64,000 nucleotides of DNA. It comes from Deltaproteobacteria bacterium. GTDB lineage: Bacteria; Myxococcota; Myxococcia; Myxococcales; 40CM-4-68-19. Positions within the stretch are counted from its first letter, which is position 1; each line of letters starts with the position of its first letter. Below, in pieces: positions 19,896 to 31,277 of this stretch. A program made the position numbers and the translations under genes. The notes under the pieces are model-generated. The model was not told where the DNA came from, searched no databases, and saw nothing but the letters and a program-made list of their open reading frames with translations. Where the stretch lies: NCBI GenBank assembly GCA_025358085.1, contig JANYKT010000140.1:40225-104224 (forward strand), written 5' to 3'.

Positions 19896-21008
19896 ATGCT
19901 CGCACTCCTGCTTGCGGCGGCCATCAAGATCGGCGTTATCAACTCAGTCACCGGACCCGAAGCGCCCATCGGTGAAAACATGAGCCACGGCTATGCACTG
20001 GCCGTCGAGGATTTGAAGGCGAAGGGAATCGAGGTTGAGCTCATCACCGAGGACGACGCCGGCAAGCCGCAAACCGCGATGGGCGGCCTGGAAAAACTGG
20101 TCACCCGCGACGGCGTCGCCGGCATCGTCGGTCCCTATACGTCCGCCTCGTCCAATGCCGCGGCGCGCCTCGCCGAGCGCTCGAAGATCCCGCTGCTCAT
20201 CCCCGCCGCCTCCAAGGACGAGATCACCAAACAGAAGTACAAATGGGTCTTCCGCACCAGCGCGGTGGTCAGCTGGTATGCGCAGGTGCTGTTCGACGCC
20301 GCGGCGAAGTTTGGCAAGCCGAAGAGCGTCTTCATCGTCCACGAGAACACCGACTTCGGCACCTCAGCGGCGCGCGGTGCCACCGAGATTGCCAAGCAGA
20401 TGAAGCTGGAAGTGCTGGGCACCGAGGCCTACTCGGCCGGGTCGCCCGATTTCCGGCCCACGCTGTCGAAGGTGAAGGCGGCCAATCCCGATCTGGTGCT
20501 CTTCGTCTCGTATGTCGCCGACGCCATTCTGTTGATGCGCCAATCGCGCGAGCTCGGCCTCAAGCCAATGGCGTTCCTGGGCGGCGGCGCCGGCTTCACC
20601 ACTTCCCAGTTTGCCTCGGAGAAGACCATCTCCGAAGGCGTTCTCTCCAGCACGCAATGGACCGAGGACGTGAGCTGGCCCGGCGCCGGCGCATGGGGCG
20701 CCCGTTACAAGAAGAAGTTCGGCAAGACCGCGACCTATCACGCGGCCTGCGCTTATGAATCGCTGCTGATCATGGGCGAGGTCGCCGCCAAGGCCGCCGG
20801 CGACCACGAGAAGATCCGCGCCGCCCTGCACGACGGGCAATGGAATGGAATTCTCGGAGAAGTGAAGTTCGCCGACTTTGACGGCTTCACCAACCAGAAC
20901 AAGCACCAGATGCTGGTGGTTCAAATCAAGAATGGCGACTTCGTCACCGTCTTTCCCGAAGAGTTTGCCAAGGGCAAGGCGGTCTGGCCCTTCCCGGGAT
21001 TCAAATAG
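19896..21008 (+). CDS. Branched-chain amino acid-type ABC transporter substrate-binding protein
   Basis: IKIGVI...TGP.A..G, EDD...P, GPYTS, ENTDFG; SD AAAGGA. Confidence 0.9.
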   Translation: MLALLLAAAIKIGVINSVTGPEAPIGENMSHGYALAVEDLKAKGIEVELITEDDAGKPQTAMGGLEKLVTRDGVAGIVGPYTSASSNAAARLAERSKIPLLIPAASKDEITKQKYKWVFRTSAVVSWYAQVLFDAAAKFGKPKSVFIVHENTDFGTSAARGATEIAKQMKLEVLGTEAYSAGSPDFRPTLSKVKAANPDLVLFVSYVADAILLMRQSRELGLKPMAFLGGGAGFTTSQFASEKTISEGVLSSTQWTEDVSWPGAGAWGARYKKKFGKTATYHAACAYESLLIMGEVAAKAAGDHEKIRAALHDGQWNGILGEVKFADFDGFTNQNKHQMLVVQIKNGDFVTVFPEEFAKGKAVWPFPGFK

Positions 21009-21872
21009 GTGATCCGCCTCCTGCAGGCCGTGCTGGGCGGGCTCCTTACCGGGGGCGTCTATGCGCTCATCGGCGCGGGGCTCTCGCTCATCTTCGGCGT
21101 CCTGCGCGTGATCAATTTCGCGCAGGGCGAACTGGTGATGCTGGGCATGTACCTCACCTGGCTGCTCTTCACCTTCCTGCACCTCGATCCATTTGTTTCC
21201 CTGATCGTGGTGATGCCGGTGCTGTGGATGCTGGGCTGGGCGCTGGAGGCGCTCCTGCTCGACCGCATGCACGGCGCGCTGCCGCAGAACCAGATCCTCC
21301 TGACCATGGGCCTTGGACTCGTGCTCTCGAATGGCGCCATGATGGCCTTCACCTCTGACTATCGGCTGGTCAGCACCACCTATTCCTCGAGCAGCTTCAT
21401 GCTGGCCGGCGTGGCGCTCAGCCAGCCACTCGCGGTCTCCTTCGTATTGACGGCGGCCATCGCCACCGCTCTGTGGGTCTTCCTCGCGCGCACGGATACG
21501 GGCATGGCAATCCGCGCCACCGCGCAGGACCGCGACGCAGCTCAATTGATGGGCATTGACGTGCGCCGCATGTCGCGGCTGGCCTTCGGCATCGGCGCGG
21601 CGCTGGCCGGCGCGGCTGGAGCATTGATCGCGCCCACCTATTACATCTTCCCCCAGGTCGGCGGCTCATTTACCCTGAAAGCCTTCGTCGTGGTGGTGCT
21701 GGGCGGCCTCGGCAGCGTGGTCGGCGCCATGCTCGGCGGTTTGATCATCGGCATCACCGAATCCCTCTCGGCCACCTATATCTCGACCGAGCTGAAGGAC
21801 GTCTGCGTCTATTCGCTGTTCCTCATCGTGCTGATCGCCAGGCCGGGCGGGCTGCTCGGCAAGGCGGAATGA
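21009..21872 (+). CDS. livH: ABC permease, LivH-like
   Basis: GLSLIFGV..VINFAQGE, G.AIRA.AQD..AA.LMGI, VVLGGLGS. Confidence 0.88.
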   Translation: MIRLLQAVLGGLLTGGVYALIGAGLSLIFGVLRVINFAQGELVMLGMYLTWLLFTFLHLDPFVSLIVVMPVLWMLGWALEALLLDRMHGALPQNQILLTMGLGLVLSNGAMMAFTSDYRLVSTTYSSSSFMLAGVALSQPLAVSFVLTAAIATALWVFLARTDTGMAIRATAQDRDAAQLMGIDVRRMSRLAFGIGAALAGAAGALIAPTYYIFPQVGGSFTLKAFVVVVLGGLGSVVGAMLGGLIIGITESLSATYISTELKDVCVYSLFLIVLIARPGGLLGKAE

Positions 21873-22828
21873 AGCGCGCCTGGATCCCTGCCGTCATCGT
21901 GGCCGGCGTCGCGCTGGTGGCGCTGCTGCCGGTCTTCGTCAAATCCGATTACCCGCTCGGCGTGATGATCGGCGTGCTGCTCGCCATCTCGCTGGGCGCG
22001 GCCTGGAACATCATCGGCGGCTTTGCCGGGCAATACTCGGTCGGTCACTCCGCGTACTTTGGTATCGGCGCTTACAGCATCGTGGTGCTGCTCGGACGCG
22101 GCCTCGCGCCCTGGTGGGGGGCCCTCGCCGGCTCCTTCATTGCCGCTGCGGTAGCGCTGCTGGTCGGCTCCATTACTTTGCGGCTGCGCGGCGCATACTT
22201 CGTGCTCGCCTCCATCGCCGTGGCCGAGATCCTGCGGCTGCTCGCGCTCTGGGCAAAATCCATCACCAATGGCGCCGAAGGGATCCTGGTGGGCGAGTTT
22301 CCTCCGCTGACTTTGGCGGGCCACACCATCACTGATTTCACCGGCAAGCCGCCCTTCTTCTATATGGCGCTGGGCCTCGCGGTCTTCTGCGTCGCGGTCA
22401 ATGCGGTGATCGCGCACACCAAGCTTGGTTATTACCTGCAAGCCATTCGCGAGGATCAGGACGCGGCCTGGTCGCTGGGCATCCCGCTGTCGCTTTACAA
22501 GAACGCGGCGCTACTCATATCGGCGGCGCTGGCGGCGCAGGCAGGCGCATTGACCGCGACCTATGTCTCCTTCATGGACCCGAACTCGATGCTCGGACTC
22601 GACGTCTCGGTGCGAGCGGTGCTGGTCTGCATCCTGGGGGGCGTCGGCACCATCTGGGGCCCGGTCGCCGGTGCCATCGTCTTTACGCTGCTCGATGAAG
22701 TGCTGTTGCGCTATCTCACGCAGAGTCACCTCCTCGGCCTGGGAGCGCTCTTGATCGCCGCCATCCTGTTTCTCCCGGACGGGCTCATGGGCCTCGTGAC
22801 CCGGCTGCGGCAGAGGTCGCGCGCATGA
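21869..22828 (+). CDS. livM: ABC permease, LivM-like
   Basis: WNIIGGFAGQ.S.GH, LRLRG.YF, AIREDQ.AA, LGGVGTIWGP. Confidence 0.88.
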   Translation: MKRAWIPAVIVAGVALVALLPVFVKSDYPLGVMIGVLLAISLGAAWNIIGGFAGQYSVGHSAYFGIGAYSIVVLLGRGLAPWWGALAGSFIAAAVALLVGSITLRLRGAYFVLASIAVAEILRLLALWAKSITNGAEGILVGEFPPLTLAGHTITDFTGKPPFFYMALGLAVFCVAVNAVIAHTKLGYYLQAIREDQDAAWSLGIPLSLYKNAALLISAALAAQAGALTATYVSFMDPNSMLGLDVSVRAVLVCILGGVGTIWGPVAGAIVFTLLDEVLLRYLTQSHLLGLGALLIAAILFLPDGLMGLVTRLRQRSRA

Positions 22829-23553
22829 CGGCCCTCCTCGAAATCGTTGCCCTGAGCAAGCACTTCGGCGGCGTCAAGGCGTTGAGCGACGTCTCGTTTT
22901 CGGTCGAGCCCGGCACCGTGCTGGGCCTGGTCGGCCCCAATGGCTCGGGGAAGACAACGATGTTCAGCTGCCTGACGGGCTATCTGAAACCCACGCACGG
23001 CGAAGCGCGATTCGAGGGAAGATCCCTGAGCGGCCTCTCGCCCGAGCGCGTCTGCAAGCTTGGCGTGGTGCGCACCTGGCAGAAGGTGCGGCCGCTCGCG
23101 AAGCTTTCGGTGCTGGACAACGTGGTGGTGGGCGCGCTCTGCCGCACCGGCTCAGTCAAGAAGGCGCGGGAGATCGCGCATGAGCAGCTCAAGCTGGTGC
23201 GGCTGGATGCACGGGCCAGCGTCCTGGCCGGCGCGCTGCCCATCGGCGAGCGCAAGAAGCTGGAGGTCGCGCGCGTGCTCGCGACCCAGCCGCGGCTGGT
23301 GCTGTTCGACGAAGTGATGGGCGGGCTCAATACGAGCGAAAAGGAGGAGCTGTCCGAGCTGATTGTGGAGTTGCGCAGAAAGGGCCTCACGCAAATCGTG
23401 ATTGAGCACGATATGAAAGCGATCCTGCGCGTTTCCGATCGGCTGGTGGTGCTGGGCTCGGGAGTGAAGCTCGCCGACGGCGCGCCGGCCGAGGTGGTGC
23501 GCGAACCGGCGGTCATTTCCGCTTATCTGGGGGAACCCATTGCTGCGGGTTGA
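22825..23553 (+). CDS. livG: ABC ATPase, LivG-like
   Basis: FGGVKAL, GPNGSGKTT, FDE, IEHDM, AYLG. Confidence 0.9.
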   Translation: MTALLEIVALSKHFGGVKALSDVSFSVEPGTVLGLVGPNGSGKTTMFSCLTGYLKPTHGEARFEGRSLSGLSPERVCKLGVVRTWQKVRPLAKLSVLDNVVVGALCRTGSVKKAREIAHEQLKLVRLDARASVLAGALPIGERKKLEVARVLATQPRLVLFDEVMGGLNTSEKEELSELIVELRRKGLTQIVIEHDMKAILRVSDRLVVLGSGVKLADGAPAEVVREPAVISAYLGEPIAAG

Positions 23554-24238
23554 ATCCCTGAGCTTCGCCTATGGCGATGCGCAGGTACTGGACTCGGTCT
23601 CGCTCGAGGTCGGCAAGGGCGAGATCGTCGCATTGGTGGGGGCGAACGGTGCCGGCAAGACAACGCTGCTCCGCACTGTCTCGCGGCTCGTCAAGCCGGT
23701 CTCCGGCAAGGTAACGCTCGACGGCGAGGATTTTTCGCGCCTGCGCGCGCACGAGGTGGTGCGGCGCGGGCTGATCCATGTTCCCGAGGGCCGGCGCATC
23801 TTTCCCGAGATGACGGTGCGCGAGAACCTGCGCCTGGGCTCATTCACCACTCGTACGGATCGTGAGCGCAACCTTGAAAAGGCGTTCGCGCTTTTCCCTG
23901 TGCTGCTCGCGCGCGAGGGGCAGCTGGGCGGAACGCTATCGGGCGGCGAGCAGCAGATGCTGGCGCTGGCCCGCGGGCTGATGGCGAACCCGCGCTTGCT
24001 CCTTCTCGACGAGCCGTCGCTGGGCCTCGCGCCCATCATCGTGAAGCAGATCTTCGAGACCATCGTGGCCATCAATCAGCAGGGGATCTCGATACTGCTG
24101 GTCGAACAGAACGTCTACCAGTCGCTGCACATCGCGCAGCGGGCCTATGTGCTGGAGCGCGGTCGCGTCGTGCTGCAGGGCGAAGGAAAGGCGCTGCTGG
24201 AAAACCCCGACGTCAAAAAAGCGTTCCTTGGCGCCTGA
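23540..24238 (+). CDS. livF: ABC ATPase, LivF-like
   Basis: GANGAGKTT, VPEGRRIF, LSGGEQQM, LDEPSLGLAP, VEQN. Confidence 0.92.
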   Translation: MLRVESLSFAYGDAQVLDSVSLEVGKGEIVALVGANGAGKTTLLRTVSRLVKPVSGKVTLDGEDFSRLRAHEVVRRGLIHVPEGRRIFPEMTVRENLRLGSFTTRTDRERNLEKAFALFPVLLAREGQLGGTLSGGEQQMLALARGLMANPRLLLLDEPSLGLAPIIVKQIFETIVAINQQGISILLVEQNVYQSLHIAQRAYVLERGRVVLQGEGKALLENPDVKKAFLGA

Positions 24239-24342
24239 CGATTTCGGGCGGGTGATTTTGCTATGTGCGGATTTGTGGTACGGACTTTTACAGTTTGTCT
24301 GAAACGCATTAACGATTTCGATAACCCTCTGGAGGCTTCCCA

Positions 24343-25998
<1,656 letters not shown>

Positions 25999-26016
25999 TC
26001 GATCAAAACAGGGCAC

Positions 26017-26052
26017 CTGCAGCCGCGGAAGTAGAGGTTTCCGCGGCTGCAG
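26017..26052. terminator. 14-bp perfect hairpin between convergent genes
   Basis: CTGCAGCCGCGGAA-gtagaggt-TTCCGCGGCTGCAG. Confidence 0.65.
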
Positions 26053-26064
26053 CTGCAGGCTTGC

Positions 26065-26934
26065 TCAACTCTTTTGCTGCGGGAGCAGGCAGGCGTAGAG
26101 GAAGTCGTGGACTGGAGTGGCCACGCCAGCCGCGAGACCATGGCGGACGACCGCAAAGGTCAGCTCGCTCAGCTCGCTGCGCCGGCCGTCGCGCAGGTCG
26201 CGCTGCATGGACGACATTGAATCGGGCGGCAGCGAGTCGAGGCGAGTGAGCGCCGCAGCCACCGCCTCGCGAGCCAAAGCAATGTTGAGACCTTGCGCGA
26301 CGGCCGCGACTTCGCGCATCGCGCTCTCGAGCAGCTTGCGCGTCTCGGGTACCGCGCGAATGACGCCGGCCGGGGACCGCGACGCGGCGCCGACCGCGCC
26401 CAGCGGCTCGACGAAGAGCAGCTTTTCCCAGAGCGTCGCGCGGATGTCCGGCACCACCTGGGCATCGACGCCCGACGAGCGCAGCACATCGCACAGCCCT
26501 TCGGCACCCGGCCCCGCCAGCACGCGCGGCGCAAGGCCCTTGTGCTGGATGACGCCGGGCGCGGCAATCCAGCTGAAGACGAAACAGGCGCCGGGAATCG
26601 AGCCAGGCAGGAGACTGCCCGCGTCGACGCCATTCGAAAGCGGCAGGACGACGCGCGCCTTCGGTATTCGTCTCGCCAGCTCAGCCAGCTGAAAAGTCTT
26701 GACCGCGACGATGATGGCTTCTGCGCCCGCCGCGCGCGAGGGGTCGCTGGTCGCGTGCAGGCGCGCGGTGATGGTGCCGAGTGTCTCGCTCTCGAGGCGC
26801 AGCCCGTCGCGCGCGATGGCCGCCAGGTGCTCACCTCGTGCGACCGCCACCACCTCATGCCCCGCCCGCGAGAGCAGGGCCGCGAGGGTCCCACCGAGCC
26901 CGCCGACACCGATGACTGCAATGCGCATGTTCAT
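26065..26934 (-). CDS. panE: 2-dehydropantoate 2-reductase
   Basis: IAVIGVGGLGG, VAVKT, LSNG, LWEKL, SSMQRD...GRRSE. Confidence 0.9.
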   Translation of the reverse strand: MNMRIAVIGVGGLGGTLAALLSRAGHEVVAVARGEHLAAIARDGLRLESETLGTITARLHATSDPSRAAGAEAIIVAVKTFQLAELARRIPKARVVLPLSNGVDAGSLLPGSIPGACFVFSWIAAPGVIQHKGLAPRVLAGPGAEGLCDVLRSSGVDAQVVPDIRATLWEKLLFVEPLGAVGAASRSPAGVIRAVPETRKLLESAMREVAAVAQGLNIALAREAVAAALTRLDSLPPDSMSSMQRDLRDGRRSELSELTFAVVRHGLAAGVATPVHDFLYACLLPQQKS

Positions 26935-27008
26935 TTGGATGCCAGCGGCACCTTGAGGTCGCGCTGACCCTATCCCTTCAACGAGACGCTCAAGCGGTCC
27001 ATCCTCGC

Positions 27009-27137
27009 TACATCGCGCTGGAGCTCGGGCAGATGTTCCGCCACTTCGGCACCGAGGTGACTTTGGTCGAGCGAGGGCCTTCGATCCCATTTGCTGCCGT
27101 GGGGTTGACGGATAAAGAGGCGGTGGCCGCGGGCCAT
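27009..27137 (+). pseudogene. Remnant of a flavoprotein disulfide reductase (MerA/RclA/Lpd-like)
   Basis: YIALELGQMFRHFGTEVTLVERG is joined directly to FAAVGLTDKEAVAAGH; these segments are normally far apart. Confidence 0.65.
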
Positions 27138-27232
27138 CCCTGCTGGTGCGCGCTACCAGGACCCGGCCAAGCTCTCCTGCTGCGCCGAATAGCCAAAACG
27201 GATTGGACCCGGGCGCGGTATGTTCTTGCGCC

Positions 27233-28469
27233 CTGCGCAACTACGCCGTCGTCACCGCCGCCTATTGGGCCTTTGCGCTCACCGATGGCGCGCTGCGGAT
27301 GCTCGTCCTGCTGCACTTCCATGCGCTTGGATATACGCCGGTACAGCTTGCCTTCCTGTTCCTGTTCTATGAGTTCTTCGGCATCGTCACCAATCTGCTG
27401 GGCGGATTTCTCGCGGCTCGCCTGGGCCTCAAGGTCACGCTGACCTTCGGTCTGGTGGTTCAAGTCGTGGCGCTTTTGGCCCTCGCGGGATTGCCACAGT
27501 CCTTACGCATCCCGGCCTCCGTCGCCTATGTCATGGCCGCGCAAGCACTCTCGGGCATCGCCAAGGACCTGACCAAGATGAGCGCCAAGTCTTTCATCAA
27601 GGTGCTTGTTCCCGAGGATGCCAAAGGCACGCTGTTCAAATGGGTGGCGCTCCTTACCGGGAGCAAGAACGCGCTCAAAGGAGCCGGGTTCTTCATCGGT
27701 GGACTGCTCTTGTCCCGGCTGGGCTTCAGAGACTCGCTGCTGGCAATGTCGGTGGTCGTTACACTCGTATTGATCGGAGCCCAGGCAGCGCTGCCGCGAG
27801 ACCTGGGCCGTACCAAAGCAAAGGCGAAGTTCACGGGCATGTTCTCCAGAAATCGCGCGGTCAACCTGCTTTTCGGCAGCGCGCTTTTTCCTCTTCGGCG
27901 CGCGCGACGTCTGGTTCGTGGTCGGCGTGCCCGTCTTTCTCTACGGCGCCGGCTGGAGCTTCGCTCGAGTCGGCGCCTTTCTCGCGCTCTGGGTCATCGG
28001 CTATGGCGTCGTGCAGTCATTCGCGCCATTGCTGGTCCGGCGTTGGACCGGCGGCACTGCACCCAGTGGCAGGAGTCTCTCGGTGCTCGCGTTCCTGCTC
28101 GCAGGGGTCACGGCGGGCATGGCGATTGAACTTCAATTCAGCGTACAGCCGGTCACACTCATCGTCGGGGGCCTGGCGCTTTTTGGCATTCTTTTCGCGG
28201 TGAACTCTTCCATTCATTCGTATCTGATTCTTGCTTACTCAGACGGCAATCAGGTCGCGATGAACGTCGGCTTCTATTACATGAGGAATGCGGGCGGACG
28301 ACTTGCCGGCACCCTCTTGTCAGGCCTCCTCTTCCAGCGTGCAGGGATCCCCGGATGCCTCTGGGGCTCCGTGGTGTTCGCCGCGCTCGCTGGCGCGCTC
28401 TCGGTCAACCTCCCACGACTGAATCTCCAGACTCAATTTGAGCAAGACCCTGAATCGCAGACGCAGTGA
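27233..28469 (+). pseudogene. arsJ: Organoarsenical efflux MFS transporter ArsJ, frameshifted
   Basis: RNYAVVTAAYWAFALTDGALRMLVLLHF, SGIAKDLTKMSAKS, LTGSKNALKG, NSSIHSYLI. Removing one T from TTTT (27870-27873) restores NLLSAARFFLFGARDVWFVV. The apparent start position reads CTG. Confidence 0.85.
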
Positions 28470-28566
28470 GCCGTTCTCCGCTCTCACGAGCTCCGAATCA
28501 TCGCGGCATGGCTCCCGCGCAGCCCGTTATGTCACCAGCCGCCGCCCCGGCCAGGGCGCAGCAGCG

Positions 28567-28821
28567 CTAAGCCGACAATGTCTCGAGTCCCGCGAGCTTT
28601 GCCTCGAGCAGCGTCTGGAAGCGAGAGAGCGAATCGATCTGGACGATCTCGTCGGAGTCGAATCGCACCCCGAACTCCTCTTCGACCGCCATGATCAGGC
28701 GCAGATGGTTCAACGAGTCCCAGACCGGCAGGGACGCGCGCTGCACGTCGACGCCTGGCGCGAACTCCGTCTCCAGCGTTTCGGCAATGAGAACCCGCAG
28801 CTTGTTTCCCGTGCTGTTCAT
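28567..28821 (-). CDS. Acyl carrier protein
   Basis: WDSLNHL.LIMAVEEEFGV.F; ATGA overlap with the FkbH stop. Confidence 0.9.
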   Translation of the reverse strand: MNSTGNKLRVLIAETLETEFAPGVDVQRASLPVWDSLNHLRLIMAVEEEFGVRFDSDEIVQIDSLSRFQTLLEAKLAGLETLSA

Positions 28822-30533
28822 CGATGCTCCTTGATCGTGGCCGGGTGGGTCTTGCAGGCCTCTGCCGCGAGCGCCTTGACGTCGAGGATAGCCGCCTCGG
28901 TCCCCTCGGGCAGGAAGCGTTTCAGCCAGTCGCGCGCTGGCCCGTTGCGCGGCCCTTCCACGACATTGAAGCGGACGCGCCGCGCCCCGCGCTCCTCGAG
29001 CCAGCCGCAAAAGCGCAGCAGTGAAAGGGTCTCTACCTCGCGCCCCAGCACGCGGCAGCTGAAGAGCACCTCGCGGACCGTGGCCAGCTCGCCATTGAGG
29101 CGAGCGATGAGCACACCCACCAGGCCGCTGTCGGACAGCGCGTCCCTGAGCGAAACCGTCATGGTCAGATGGTCAGGAGCAAAAACTTCTTCGGTTTCGG
29201 AGGCCGATAGTCGCGCCAGTCCCAGATTGAATTGATTGGTCTTGTTCGAGAGTTCGTGAACGCGCGAAAGGTGCGGCCGGCAATCGCGGTGGAGATCGAT
29301 CTCCATTTTCAGCGCCGCCAGGTATCCATTCAAGTCCCCCGCCTCCGCGCGGAGGGTCTGGCGTCTGCGGTTGGCTTGAATGTCCCCGGTACGCACCGAG
29401 GCAGCGCTGTCATCGCTGACCGCGAAGAGCCCCGGATAGTGGCGCAGCGCGCTGGCCGTCTCGACTCCGGAGGGATCGGCGAGCAGCGTCCGGAGCCCGG
29501 AGATCGCACCGCTCGCCTTCGCCAACTCGGAATCGTTGTCGTCGACAAAGAGCATGGCTGAAGCGTGAATGTTCAAATCAGCAGCGATGGCGACGAGGTT
29601 ATCGACTTTGCGAGACCAATTGACCTTGATGGAGGCGAAGTCCGTGAGCGCGAGTCCCAGCCCGGGCCGCGACCGGAAGACAGCCTCGACATCGGAGAGC
29701 TCATTGCGCGAGCAGAGCGTGAGCAGGATGCCGCGTGCGCGAAGAGCTTTCAGCAGCTCGTGCAACTCGATGTGTCCGGGTTCAATCAATACCCCCCCGA
29801 CGCCATCCTCGCCGAGCACGCCGCGCCAGAGCGTGTCGTCCAGGTCGAGCACCAGCGCTTTCAACTTCTCCCCCAAAAGCGAAGGGAGCAGGTCTGCGCC
29901 CAGGTGCCGCGCAATGGCCACTGCCGCGCCGCTCGCGAAGGGAAACTTGCTGACCTGGTCATTGCGCGGGTCGAAGAACTCGCCCCGGAAGCCGGCGCGA
30001 ACCGACTCCAGATCGATCAGGCTGAGTCCCGGCAACCGCGCGGGCAAGGCACCGAGCGCCGCATTCAATGCGCGGCCCCACTTCTCGAGCCGGTCACCGG
30101 ACTTGATGGGCCAGTTGTTCAGCAGCACAGGAGAGCGCCGGCCACCTGCGCGAATGGCCGCTTGCGCGCGTCCCGCTACCCATTCGGCAGCTTCCGCGGG
30201 CGTAAGCCGGTCGGCCAGAAGCCTCCAATCAAGAAAGATGAGCCGCGCGTCGGCTTCCAACCCGGATGCGTCGATTTGAGAAAGCCCAGGGTCATAGTCC
30301 GAATAGCTGGTCTGGTGATGCGCGCCCCAGGTGTCGAGAAAGGCATCAAGAAACTCATCGACGAATTCAAATGGCAGCGAGCGGTCGCAGCGGAGGCGCA
30401 GCAGCCTGCCTGTGCGGGCCGGCTTCAGACGTCGGAGCGCGGAGGCGCCTGGTGGCGTCCCGAGGAGCTGGCGGGTGGCGACCCAACCTCGAACGTCGCT
30501 CGTGCGCGGCGGGCTCACGGGCTCAAGGTTCAC
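28818..30533 (-). CDS. FkbH-like HAD-IIIC protein (glyceryl transferase/phosphatase)
   Basis: KALVLDLDDTLWRGVLGEDG, CSRN, NWSRK, FVDDN..E, KTNQFN, FSCRVLGR.VE. Confidence 0.92.
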   Translation of the reverse strand: MNLEPVSPPRTSDVRGWVATRQLLGTPPGASALRRLKPARTGRLLRLRCDRSLPFEFVDEFLDAFLDTWGAHHQTSYSDYDPGLSQIDASGLEADARLIFLDWRLLADRLTPAEAAEWVAGRAQAAIRAGGRRSPVLLNNWPIKSGDRLEKWGRALNAALGALPARLPGLSLIDLESVRAGFRGEFFDPRNDQVSKFPFASGAAVAIARHLGADLLPSLLGEKLKALVLDLDDTLWRGVLGEDGVGGVLIEPGHIELHELLKALRARGILLTLCSRNELSDVEAVFRSRPGLGLALTDFASIKVNWSRKVDNLVAIAADLNIHASAMLFVDDNDSELAKASGAISGLRTLLADPSGVETASALRHYPGLFAVSDDSAASVRTGDIQANRRRQTLRAEAGDLNGYLAALKMEIDLHRDCRPHLSRVHELSNKTNQFNLGLARLSASETEEVFAPDHLTMTVSLRDALSDSGLVGVLIARLNGELATVREVLFSCRVLGREVETLSLLRFCGWLEERGARRVRFNVVEGPRNGPARDWLKRFLPEGTEAAILDVKALAAEACKTHPATIKEHR

Positions 30534-30629
30534 GAGAAGGATTTAAGTCTTGCGCTCTGACCTGCCAAGCGTGCCCTGTCTCTCTCTGAACGAAGAAAAT
30601 CGCCTCCGGCGGCTTGCGCCCGGACCCTG

Positions 30630-31277
30630 GTGGCTCAAGATTTTCACCGCATGAACGTCGAGCACTCGAGCGTCCCGCGCGGCTTCAGGGGATTCCGCGG
30701 GGACTACGCCCACTATTGCCGCATGCACGGAGCAACCACCCCGCTCGACCGGGTGCTGTTGCCGCTGCGCGCGCCAGCCCTCTTTGCGCTGGCGGTCTAT
30801 CGATTCGGCCGCTGGCTGCACTTTGGTTCGCGCTTGCCGCGGCCACTGGCACTTCCCCTGCGTGTCCTCTACATCGCGCTCTTTGAGATGTCGCGCCATC
30901 TGACTGGCATCCTCCTGCACACCTGGGCCGAGCTCGAGAAGGACGTCTGGCTTGGGTCCTTCGCGCCCATCATGGTCGGGGCCCGGCGCATCGGCAGCGG
31001 CAGCATGATTCACGGCGGAGTCACGCTGGGCGCGGGCGGCGCTCGCGGCGCGCGCGGCATGCCCACGCTGGGCCGCAACGTCGTTGTCGGGCCCGGCGCC
31101 AGTATCGTGGGCCCGGTCCTGGTCCCGGACGGCACCGTCCTGGGTCCAAACACCTTGATGACGAGCACGCCTTCGACGGTCTCCGCGTGGCTCGGTGCAC
31201 CTGCCATGCGCTGGAAACGTGCGCCTGAGTTGCTCATTCCTGAATACCCGGCTCGGGCTGGAGGATTTCAATCATGA
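30630..31277 (+). CDS. CysE-like hexapeptide-repeat (LbH) acyltransferase
   Basis: VYRFGRW, GVTLG, PTLGRNVVVGPGASIVG, GAPA; start may be ATG 30651. Confidence 0.8.
   Translation: MAQDFHRMNVEHSSVPRGFRGFRGDYAHYCRMHGATTPLDRVLLPLRAPALFALAVYRFGRWLHFGSRLPRPLALPLRVLYIALFEMSRHLTGILLHTWAELEKDVWLGSFAPIMVGARRIGSGSMIHGGVTLGAGGARGARGMPTLGRNVVVGPGASIVGPVLVPDGTVLGPNTLMTSTPSTVSAWLGAPAMRWKRAPELLIPEYPARAGGFQS

Noticed and set aside
21006-21011. SBP gene's TAG directly followed in frame by livH (possible readthrough fusion)
   Set aside because: The SBP ends at a normal C-terminus (WPFPGFK) and livH has its own GTG; abutting genes are ordinary.
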